Positions 56,099 through 64,000 of a stretch of DNA of 64,000 bases are shown here, piece by piece. The first letter of the stretch is position 1, and each line of letters opens with the position of its first letter. The DNA is from a virus (Duplodnaviria; Heunggongvirae; Uroviricota; Caudoviricetes), in IMG/VR virus record IMGVR_UViG_3300042259_000129; one strand, 5' to 3'. Position numbers and translations under genes: made by a program. The notes below the pieces were generated by a model. That model was not told the origin of the DNA, made no database searches, and was given only the letters and a program-made list of their open reading frames with translations.

Positions 56099-58051
56099 AT
56101 GATTATTTGTTGAGACAATCTAGAAAAACATAATATTAAATTAAGCAATAGAGGAAATTTTAGAGGTAATGATGGTACATATTATTATCATGATTTATGT
56201 CTAGAATGTGGTGAGCCTTTTTTAAGTAAAGGAAAACATAATATACAATATTGTTCATATGAATGTATGACTAAGTCTCAAATATATAGAGAAAAAATTG
56301 GAAATGAAAAAGCACTTCTTAATGAATCTACTGATATTATATTAACAAAAGAGGAAATTTTAGAATTAAGAGTTAAATACCCCAAAAGATATATTAAAAT
56401 ATTAAAAAACAAATATCCAAAAACAATACAACAAATAGAATTGTTTTTTAATGACATTAAATCCAATATTACTAACAGTATATTATCTCAAAAAATATTC
56501 CATTATGTTTTTAATTTAAAAAATATTCCTGTATGCCCTCTTTGTGGAAATATATTACCATTTAACACATTATTAGAGTCATGGGGATATAGAAAATTTT
56601 GTTCAAGAATATGTGCTATAAATAATCCAGATTTAATAAGAAAACGTGATCCTAACCAAGATGTTAAAAAGGAAAGAAATAATAGAGGAATTAAAATTTT
56701 AAAATCTTCAGATATTAAAGTTTATTCATTAGAAAGAACCAATAAAATTTTTCTTTTATTTTTAGCTAAATTCAATTATGATTTTCAAAATGTTGCCATA
56801 AAAATTCTTAACAAGTCCCCAAAATTATATAAAAGTATAAACATCTATTATGCGGATTTTACTCATAGAGAAATATATTACCTTATTCTAAATAATAATC
56901 CAAAAGAAAGAATATGTTATATTTGTAAAAAAGAGAAAACACCATTATTAAGAAATGGTTATAGAAGCTATTGTACTAATTGTGGAAATAAACATAGTAA
57001 TATTATTGCGAGATTTAAAAAATATCCATTAATATATAATTATTGTAAAGATAATGATTATGAAATGATAGCATCTAGATATGAATTTGCTCTTAGTCCT
57101 CTAAAAACGACCGATGTTAAATGTTTAAGATGTAAAAATATCAGACCATTATCTATAGAATTAATAAATAAAGGAGTTTCTTGTTCCTGTAGAGTTAAGG
57201 GAGGAACTAGTAAGGCAGAAAACGAAATAGCAAAATTTTTGAATATTAATCATCGCAGGGGAAATAAAGAAATTTTAGATGGTCTTGAGATAGATATCTT
57301 TATTCCAAATTCCAATTTGGGGATTGAATATGATGGTATATATTATCATTCTGAAATTTCAGGAAATAAAAATAAAAAATATCATATAAATAAGACAGAT
57401 ATTTGTGATGAAAATAATATTCAACTTATTCATATATTTGAAACGGAATGGAAAGATAAACAATCTATAGTTAAATCTGCACTTCTTTCTAAGTTGGGTA
57501 TTTTTGAAAATAGAATATATGCTAGAAAATGCGAAATAAGATCTCTTACTTTTGAAGAATCTAATATCTTTCTTCTTCAAAATCACCTCCAAGGATATTG
57601 TAATTCGTCTATTAGATATGGGCTTTTTTATAATGATGAACTTGTTTCATGTATGACTTTTGGTAAGAGAAAAATAACAGGAAAAACTAAACTTGAGCTT
57701 TTAAGATTTTGTAATAAACTTAATACACAAGTCATTGGGGGAGCAAGTAAATTATTTAAACACTTTGTTAGAAACAATGAATTTGAAGAAATAATTTCCT
57801 ATGCAGATCGTAGATGGTCTAATGGTAATTTATATGAACAACTTGGGTTTGAATTTAGTCATAAGAGTGCTCCGTCCTATTGGTACATTATTAATGGGAA
57901 GTTGGTACATAGATCCGTTTATATGAAACATAAATTACCAAGTTTATTAAAGGATTTTGATCCTAATCTTACTGAATGGGAAAATATGCAAATGAATGGA
58001 TTTGATAGAATTTGGGATTGTGGGTGTTTAGTTTATAGGTATGCAAGGTAG
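56099..58051 (+). CDS. Multi-zinc-finger protein with a Vsr/DUF559-like (PD-(D/E)XK) endonuclease-type domain. About 650 aa with 1 TGA.
   Basis: At least six CxxCG...C knuckles (CLECGEPF..CSYEC, CPLCGNILPF..CSRIC, CYICKKE..CTNCGNK, CLRCKN...). The core LEIDIFIPNSNLGIEYDGIYYHSE...IQLIHIFETEW is the same domain family as the C-terminus of 37697..39187. ATG 56099 is upstream of track ORF 56267, in frame across one TGA. Confidence 0.55.
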
Positions 58052-58058
58052 AAATATT

Positions 58059-58208
58059 ATGAAAATAGAGAATATAGATGATTATAAAAAAGCTATAGAT
58101 GAATTATTTAGGATTGAACTTGTTGGCTATGAAAATCATGAAGAAGAATATATTAATAAACTTATTAAAAAAATACAAAAATTTGAAAATGAAAAATTAA
58201 AAGAATAA
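58059..58208 (+). CDS. Small hypothetical protein (49 aa).
   Basis: ATG-to-TAA, followed by a terminator. Confidence 0.35.
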   Translation: MKIENIDDYKKAIDELFRIELVGYENHEEEYINKLIKKIQKFENEKLKE

Positions 58209-58211
58209 AAA

Positions 58212-58237
58212 GGAGCCCAAAGGCTCCTTTTTATTTT
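58212..58237 (+). terminator. Rho-independent terminator.
   Basis: GGAGCC-CAAA-GGCTCC followed by TTTTTATTTT. Confidence 0.7.
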
Positions 58238-58282
58238 ATAATATTTTTATCTAATTCTAAAATAAACCTAATTCACACTCAT

Positions 58283-58663
58283 TTATTCCTCCACTTTAAA
58301 TCTATTAATTAAGTCATATGAATCCTTTCCAGAGATACCCCATCCATAAAGAAAATAATCAATATCATACATTCCATAGGGGGACTCCTCAGCTTCCATC
58401 AAAATCTCAAACGCTCTCTTCCAAGAACAATTACATGTTTTTCTCACTTCAGAGATTTTTTCTTCAAACTTTGCCAAATCTGCTTTTTCTTGAGCTTCCT
58501 GTTCTTCAATCTGGCGAGAGATCTCATCATCCAGGGATTTTATGGCATTCAGAAATTCTTCCATTGTGTTGAAGGGGAAATATCGGGGGCGAAAACCATG
58601 AGCATCCCTGTGCATATCAGAATAGAGCTGCCAATCTTCAGGGGTAAAAATCTTGAGGTTCAT
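58283..58663 (-). CDS. Hypothetical protein.
   Basis: 126-aa ORF. Confidence 0.5.
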   Translation of the reverse strand: MNLKIFTPEDWQLYSDMHRDAHGFRPRYFPFNTMEEFLNAIKSLDDEISRQIEEQEAQEKADLAKFEEKISEVRKTCNCSWKRAFEILMEAEESPYGMYDIDYFLYGWGISGKDSYDLINRFKVEE

Positions 58664-58665
58664 GA

Positions 58666-58809
58666 TTATTCCTCCTTTCCTATATTAAAAAGGTAATTAA
58701 GAAATTGATCCCCAGATTCAAACTCCATTTCAAATTCAGGTTCCTTTCCATATTGAGCAATAAACTTTTCCTTGTAGAGAGCAATTTCACATTCAGTTGG
58801 GATATACAT
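58666..58809 (-). CDS. Small hypothetical protein (47 aa).
   Basis: ATG-to-TAA ORF with a GGAGG ribosome-binding site for the next gene inside its 3' end. Confidence 0.3.
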   Translation of the reverse strand: MYIPTECEIALYKEKFIAQYGKEPEFEMEFESGDQFLNYLFNIGKEE

Positions 58810-58909
58810 TTTGATCTCCTGGGTTATTTGTTGTTGTGTTAAGATTAGAATATAAAAGTTTTGAAAGTTTGTAAACAGTTTTAAGAAAAAATTTCAAAAT
58901 ATGTAAACA

Positions 58910-58935
58910 AAAAAGGGAGCCGAAGCTCCCTTTTA
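58910..58935 (-). terminator. Terminator hairpin GGGAGC-CGAA-GCTCCC plus a T-run, downstream of gp23.
   Basis: On the minus strand the stem is followed by TTTTTTG. Same hairpin sequence as at 39757. Confidence 0.65.
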
Positions 58936-58957
58936 ATTGTTAATAAAAAACAATATT

Positions 58958-60199
58958 TTACGGCATTTCCGTAATAACGCTACGGATATAGTAATTTTCG
59001 GCGCCAAAGATATTGCTATGAAGGGCATATCGGCTCATTAGACCTATTGTGGGGTTGAATGAGTTCTCAAAAGTTGCTCTGCTTAATAGAAGTTGAATAA
59101 ATGGGCAATAAATTATTCCGGCATCCATACCTGAGCCGCCAGCACCCTTGTAACCAACAGTTAGTTCGTCTACAGTAGCGAAAGTATCACGGATAACTTT
59201 CATACGACCGTCTAGTGTACCAATGATTTCAACAGAGGTATTAGCAGTGTTTACATTACCAGATACAGGAGCAATTGTGAAACTGGAAGTTCCTTCAAGA
59301 GCTGCGCATACAGTAGGATTAGCAACTACGAAGTTACCAGCACCACGACGGGTTGTGATAGCAATGCGGTTAGCCATACGAACGGTACGATTGTAAAGGT
59401 TACGATATTTTTCATGTTCCCAGCGGCCATCAAAATGAGCAGAAGAAGCCCAAGATAGAGTGCCGAGCTGACCATCTACATAAGAGTAAGCATTGGTATT
59501 AGCAGCAGTTTTTACAGCATCAATGATTTCACGGTCAATTTCAGCCTGAATTTCATAACCAAGGATATCAAGCATTTCAGATTCGATGTCAAGACCATGC
59601 ATAGCATTAAGATCCTGAGCAACTTCTAAGGACCAGCGGCTGCGTAGCTTACGGGTCTTAGCTTCAATCTGAGCTTTTTCGATGGTTAGGTTAACTTCCT
59701 TGATCTGATCGCCAGTACCAATACCTAGACCAACAGCAGGAGAAGTACTAGAACCTAGAATTTCACCAGCAGAAGTAACCATAGAGCCAGTGTATGACTT
59801 ATCTACAGTGTTGTAACCAAGTTCAGTGTTAGAACCAGAGTTGTAAGTCTGACCAGCGCGGAAACGAAGAGCGAAAGCTAGACCAACAGGGGAGGTCATA
59901 GGCTGAACACCAACGGTTTCGTGAGCAATTAGATTAGGGAAAGTTCTACGAACCATGGGAATAGCAATCTTGTGGAATTCACCAGAAGTTGCATAGTTAG
60001 AGCCAAAAGAACCATCTGTATAAGATGCTTCATTAACCATATTCTGTTCTTTTAGATAATTGAACTCATTCTCAAGCATAATAGCTGTCATGGTTTCAAT
60101 TTTATTATCTTTAATCTTGCCTACCTTGGCAACGACTTTTTCCTCGTTGATAAGTGGATTCCACTTTTCTACTAGCTGATTAACGTTAATTTTAGACAT
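58958..60199 (-). CDS. gp23: Major capsid protein gp23-like.
   Basis: LVEKWNPLI, MVRRTFPNLIAHETVGVQPMTSPVGLAFALR and TVGYKGAGGSGMDAGIIYCPF match the T4 gp23 hallmark segments. 413 aa with no TGA. Confidence 0.9.
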   Translation of the reverse strand: MSKINVNQLVEKWNPLINEEKVVAKVGKIKDNKIETMTAIMLENEFNYLKEQNMVNEASYTDGSFGSNYATSGEFHKIAIPMVRRTFPNLIAHETVGVQPMTSPVGLAFALRFRAGQTYNSGSNTELGYNTVDKSYTGSMVTSAGEILGSSTSPAVGLGIGTGDQIKEVNLTIEKAQIEAKTRKLRSRWSLEVAQDLNAMHGLDIESEMLDILGYEIQAEIDREIIDAVKTAANTNAYSYVDGQLGTLSWASSAHFDGRWEHEKYRNLYNRTVRMANRIAITTRRGAGNFVVANPTVCAALEGTSSFTIAPVSGNVNTANTSVEIIGTLDGRMKVIRDTFATVDELTVGYKGAGGSGMDAGIIYCPFIQLLLSRATFENSFNPTIGLMSRYALHSNIFGAENYYIRSVITEMP

Positions 60200-60237
60200 T
60201 TTATTAAATTCCTCCTAAGAATTGTTCCTTATAAATT

Positions 60238-60245
60238 TATTTATA
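60238..60245 (-). promoter_or_regulatory. Late promoter (TATAAATA on the minus strand) for gp23. Part of a 45-bp promoter-plus-RBS cassette duplicated at 61438.
   Basis: AAATTCCTCCTAAGAATTGTTCCTTATAAATTTATTTATA is present upstream of both gp23 and gp22. Confidence 0.6.
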
Positions 60246-60430
60246 GTTTCTAATTTTCAATTTAGAAATTAGATTTTTGGCTTTGGTAACTATAAATTGC
60301 CAAATAGATTTTTTAAAATCAAATAATGCCTAGTATTGATTATACATAATTTTAATAATATTTTTAAAAGAATACCATTCTTTTAAAGTTTATTATGTAT
60401 ATATCTATTTATATTTTTTCGTTTTAAGTT

Positions 60431-61399
60431 TTAGATAAAGTTAAGATATTTAGAAACGAAAGAGTTATCCTCTTCCTTTTCTTCTGTGATTAGGGGTGTT
60501 GCAACACCATCGCCTTCAGCTTCAACTAGATCAGGATATTCTTTCTTAAGTTCTTTTCTATCCCAACCACCATCTTTAAGTAGCCATTCTACAGCAGTCT
60601 TTTTGTCTTTTGCATCAAAAGATACTTCAGACTCAGATACTGCTTTAGCAGATACACCAGCTTTCTTTAATTCGGAAACTGCCTTTTTAGGATCAACTAC
60701 TTTTACTGTTACCATCTTTTCAGTAATAACTTCTTCCTCTGTTAGAGTATCAACAATGATATCAAACTTCTTGTCAATAACTTCTTTATCAGTGATACCT
60801 TCAAGGATGGAGAAAACTTTTTCCTTCTGGGATTCAGTTAGACCTTCACACTTCTCATAAATATAAAGGGTGACTGAAGCTTCATGAAGTAGCTGCTTTC
60901 CGTTTAAGAATTTTTCTGTTAAATGATTCTTTTCATCACGGAGTTTTAGAATTTCATCTTTAGCTTCGGAAAGAAGAGACTTAGCTTCTTCATTGACTAG
61001 ACCTTCATCAATACCAAGACGAACCTTAAACTGCTCAATTAGATCGGAGTATAGTTCACCCTTACGAGCAAATTCCTTGATGTTTTCGGGGATCTGAAGT
61101 TTTTCAGCAAGAATATCATCTACGAAAAGAGAAAACTTTTCAGCAAGAGTGTCCTTATAAGTTTCAAACTTCTCTTCATATTCCTGTACAAGCTCTTCCT
61201 TTAAAGAAGTTTTTTCTTCTTCAAGAGCAGCCTCAACCATTTCTTTGGCTAGAACCTCAGCCTTTTCCCTGGAAAGCTCTTCGACTTTCTCATCTACTTT
61301 AGTATTGATAAGATCAGAGATCTTTGTTTCTACTTCGGTAACTACAGACTCATCAAGAGCTTCAACACCAAGTAGTTTGGTAATGTCCTTAATATTCAT
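60431..61399 (-). CDS. gp22: Prohead core scaffold protein gp22-like.
   Basis: Highly acidic E/K-rich coiled-coil protein lying between gp21 and gp23. Confidence 0.7.
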   Translation of the reverse strand: MNIKDITKLLGVEALDESVVTEVETKISDLINTKVDEKVEELSREKAEVLAKEMVEAALEEEKTSLKEELVQEYEEKFETYKDTLAEKFSLFVDDILAEKLQIPENIKEFARKGELYSDLIEQFKVRLGIDEGLVNEEAKSLLSEAKDEILKLRDEKNHLTEKFLNGKQLLHEASVTLYIYEKCEGLTESQKEKVFSILEGITDKEVIDKKFDIIVDTLTEEEVITEKMVTVKVVDPKKAVSELKKAGVSAKAVSESEVSFDAKDKKTAVEWLLKDGGWDRKELKKEYPDLVEAEGDGVATPLITEEKEEDNSFVSKYLNFI

Positions 61400-61437
61400 T
61401 AGTATAAATTCCTCCTAAGAATTGTTCCTTATAAATT

Positions 61438-61445
61438 TATTTATA
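61438..61445 (-). promoter_or_regulatory. Late promoter (TATAAATA on the minus strand) for gp22.
   Basis: Same cassette as at 60238. Confidence 0.6.
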
Positions 61446-61460
61446 ATTTTTAAATTCAAA

Positions 61461-61697
61461 TTATTCGTAATCTTGATCTTTTAAATAGTTTTTGGCATCT
61501 TTAAGAGTTTCAAAAGTAGGTTTTGAACCTCCAGCTTTAAAAACAATATAAAAATCTTGATATTTTCCTTTTGGTCCATATGGCTCAGTTTTCATAAGGG
61601 TCCAATCTTTCCCCTTTTCTACAACAGAATCTGTTTTAGGATTCCTAGCTATAGACCCTTCGTTCAAATATTCATCAATTTTTTCAATTAGTTTCAT
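61461..61697 (-). CDS. Small hypothetical protein inserted between gp21 and gp22.
   Basis: 78-aa ORF. Confidence 0.45.
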   Translation of the reverse strand: MKLIEKIDEYLNEGSIARNPKTDSVVEKGKDWTLMKTEPYGPKGKYQDFYIVFKAGGSKPTFETLKDAKNYLKDQDYE

Positions 61698-61705
61698 TTT
61701 TTCCC

Positions 61706-62293
61706 CTAGATGTTTTTAGAAATCTGATCGATTACTTGAAAAATCCTCTTTCTATATTCTTGTTTAGCTTGTTCAATAAGCTTTTCTTGATTAGAAGTAC
61801 CAAAATCTACACCCTCTAACACGCCATTAACCCAGCTCCCCAAGTTGGATGGTTGGCTAACAATGTCCCAACAAATTAGATTAAAGTCTTCATTAACATG
61901 ATTTGTTTTTTCGTTTACAGTTCCAAGACCACGAGAGCTAATACCAATTCGAGCACCATCTTCAATTAGATTTTTTACAATCTGGCCACATGGAGTTGAA
62001 AGAACTTTTGCTTTTCCCATGACATGATTTCCCTCTCAAACAAGGTCCTCAATTAAAATAGCAGCACGCTCAAGGGTAATTGTATTTGAAGAGGGGTGTT
62101 CAAGTTCACCTAAAGCAGATTTATTTGAAATATTTTCTCTAAGCTTATCTACTTCTCTTTCAAGAATTCGCTTTGGGTAAATTCGGCCGTTGCGATTTCT
62201 TTCTTCAGCAGTTGAAAAAATTCCCTCAATAAAAAGAGACTTTTCGCTCTTCTTTGTTGAAATATTATATGTTGTTTCCGTAATAAGTTTCAC
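61706..62293 (-). CDS. gp21: Prohead core protease gp21-like, with 1 TGA and a GTG start.
   Basis: ERNRNGRIYP, GELEHP and IGISSRGLGTV match T4 gp21 (ERNRNGRVY, YLDHP, LGISSRGLGSV). GGAGG ribosome-binding site before the GTG. Confidence 0.85.
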
Positions 62294-62298
62294 GGTGT

Positions 62299-62466
62299 CT
62301 ATTCCTCCGGTTTTTCTAAAGTAAATACATCATTTTGAAGTTCAAGTTCTCTCTTAAAATAATCATTAATTGAGGAATCTAATTCCTTTGAAAGGACTTC
62401 TTTTGATGTTTCATAATCATCTTCTGCAAATGCATTGAAAGCCTTAATAAAATTTTCCTTATTCAT
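62299..62466 (-). CDS. Small acidic protein, possibly a gp68-like prohead core component.
   Basis: 55 aa. Late promoter at 62483-62490. Confidence 0.35.
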   Translation of the reverse strand: MNKENFIKAFNAFAEDDYETSKEVLSKELDSSINDYFKRELELQNDVFTLEKPEE

Positions 62467-62482
62467 AACAAGCTCCTATAAT

Positions 62483-62490
62483 TATTTATA
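62483..62490 (-). promoter_or_regulatory. Late promoter (TATAAATA on the minus strand).
   Basis: Exact match about 15 nt upstream of the 62466 start. Confidence 0.45.
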
Positions 62491-62614
62491 CAATTTATAA
62501 TGCAAATAATGCTATTAGAGATCCAAATGAAATTAAATACAGGCCACTCTGATAAAAGAAAGAGGTTTTTTGGTGTTCTCATTTCTCATATCTATAGTTA
62601 TTTTCTGCATTCAC

Positions 62615-63004
62615 TCAAAGTTCTCTATATTGGAGAGATTTTTGTCTTTCTAGTTCCAAAAATTCCTTTAGTGCATTAATAGTATTTATATGAAGATTAA
62701 CTAATGTTTCCTGTTCCAATGCTACTTTCTTGTATGTAATAGCAATTTCTAAAAGGGCCCCTATTTTGGCATATTCCTGAGGACTAAGTAAAATGAATTT
62801 TGCTTGCTCAATAGGTACTTCTTTAAATCTATCATCCAAATAAATTGGATTTATCTTGTCTGGCTTCTTAATAGGTGATAAATCCAATTTATATTCAGTG
62901 GTCTTTTCAAATTTAATTTCGGGGGGCTGAAAGGGTTCAAAATGCTTTGGAGCACACCCAACAAAAAATAAAATTAAACAAATAAACAAAATTACTTTTT
63001 TCAT
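62615..63004 (-). CDS. Putative lipoprotein.
   Basis: MKKVILFICLILFFVGC lipobox. Confidence 0.5.
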   Translation of the reverse strand: MKKVILFICLILFFVGCAPKHFEPFQPPEIKFEKTTEYKLDLSPIKKPDKINPIYLDDRFKEVPIEQAKFILLSPQEYAKIGALLEIAITYKKVALEQETLVNLHINTINALKEFLELERQKSLQYREL

Positions 63005-63006
63005 TA

Positions 63007-63321
63007 TAGTTCGTCTCATCCTGTATCTATTCTGTCTTGGACTGTTTTAATGTCTGAATCTTTTTTTGCAGCTTTAACTTTCTCCGCTCCATCCTTAATG
63101 ACTGTATTAACATTTTGCGTTTGATAGTCTGCTGCCTCCTCTTCTTTTGAAATATTAGGATGCACATATTCATCTTCAGAGACCTTGTCTAAAATCGGTT
63201 TAGAAGGAATATTGACTTTACCTTCTGGCCTCTTAGAGAATAAAGATCTAAGGAAGATTGCCCCTATAGCAAGTATTACTGTTCATACAGCAACAAAAAA
63301 CGGTTTGATTTCAAATTTCAT
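63007..63321 (-). CDS. Small membrane protein with 2 TGA. Possibly a gp67-like prohead core protein.
   Basis: Transmembrane segment TVILAIGAIFL. Starts at the portal stop (TAATG). Confidence 0.4.
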
Positions 63322-64000
63322 TACATATCCTCCTCTTCTCCAATGCCAAATAATTCTTTATCAAGTTTAAATCCTTCGGCATTCGCCTTTAGATCATCAT
63401 CATCCATATCAAGATATTTTTTCATAAGATATGATTTTGAAAATTCTGCATTTGAAACAAGAGAATTATAGTTGTTAAATCTTGTTTCTCTTCCTTTCTG
63501 CTCAATTTGATCTTTATATGAATTTGGGCAATTCATAGTAATAGCAAATGAGTATTCATCTAATCCATATTGTTTTAATAATCCTTTGAATTCAAGATGA
63601 ATTAAAAATGTTTTTAGAAGCATCCTACAAAATTTGTCCTGTTGATTTTCCAAAAACACAGATCATTTGATTTCATCTCTAGGGATTTCCCCAAAATTTG
63701 ATCCACCACCAAATAGATTATCGCCACTTCTATTGTCCTGAGTATTCTGAACTCGGGTGATAGGATATTTTAGTGCTTTGTATAGTTTCTTTTGAAAGTA
63801 ATAAATATCACCCAATTCAGCAAATCCTGAAGGGTTACCCCCTACTGTAGAAACCGAACTTGCTCTACCTGAGCTAGATGTAGGTAAGAAAAAATTCTCA
63901 CTAATTGACATTACATTTGTTGCTTTTTTCAATAGCCCAGTTTCAGGATCAAATGATTCTTTTGTTGAAAGCTTTTGTTTCATTTTTTCAACAAACTGCA
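63321..64000 (-). CDS. gp20: Portal protein gp20-like, C-terminal part only (partial at the window edge). With 1 TGA.
   Basis: Position immediately upstream of the gp67/68-21-22-23 module. Track ORFs 63663..63983 and 63321..63659 are in frame across a TGA. Confidence 0.6.

Noticed and set aside
60486-60860. 124-aa plus-strand ORF (Ser-rich).
   Set aside because: Antisense to the acidic gp22 scaffold gene. A compositional artefact.
1-64000. Interpreting the in-frame TGA codons as pseudogenisation, frameshift errors, or code 25 (TGA=Gly).
   Set aside because: TGA occurs in almost every long gene, including essential capsid and tail genes with otherwise perfect frames. Four TGA positions align to conserved Trp, not Gly, in T4 orthologues. 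TAA and TAG still behave as stops.

Overview
The window is a fragment of a T4-like (Straboviridae-type) myovirus genome, AT-rich (roughly 30% GC) and densely coding. Recognised T4 orthologues include: portal gp20 (partial), prohead protease gp21, scaffold gp22, major capsid gp23, tail sheath gp18, tail tube gp19, sheath stabiliser gp15, hub/needle gp5, gp25, gp6, a gp7-like partial gene, late sigma factor gp55, gp46/gp47, UvsX, UvsW, UvsY, and PhoH. Late promoters of the T4 type (TATAAATA) sit upstream of structural genes. The six-frame ORF track is fragmented by in-frame TGA codons. Reading through them restores full-length orthologues. In gp5, UvsX, UvsW and gp15 the TGA falls exactly on Trp residues of the T4 proteins. 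TAA and TAG terminate genes. I therefore read the genome with genetic code 4 (TGA=Trp), which is unusual for a T4-like phage. Accessory content: a TnpB (IS200/IS605-type) gene bracketed by a 22-bp direct repeat that contains a late promoter; an adjacent Macro plus NADAR gene pair (ADP-ribose removal, candidate counter-defence); a Cas4-like nuclease; two metallophosphoesterases; an HNH endonuclease; two zinc-finger/Vsr-like endonuclease-type proteins with internal repeat arrays; an SPFH protein; two tRNAs (Arg-UCU, Met-CAU); a 1401-aa giant ORF; and a ~370-bp noncoding module present twice, 22 kb apart. Coordinates of TGA-containing genes come from manual frame-walking and may be off by a few nucleotides.
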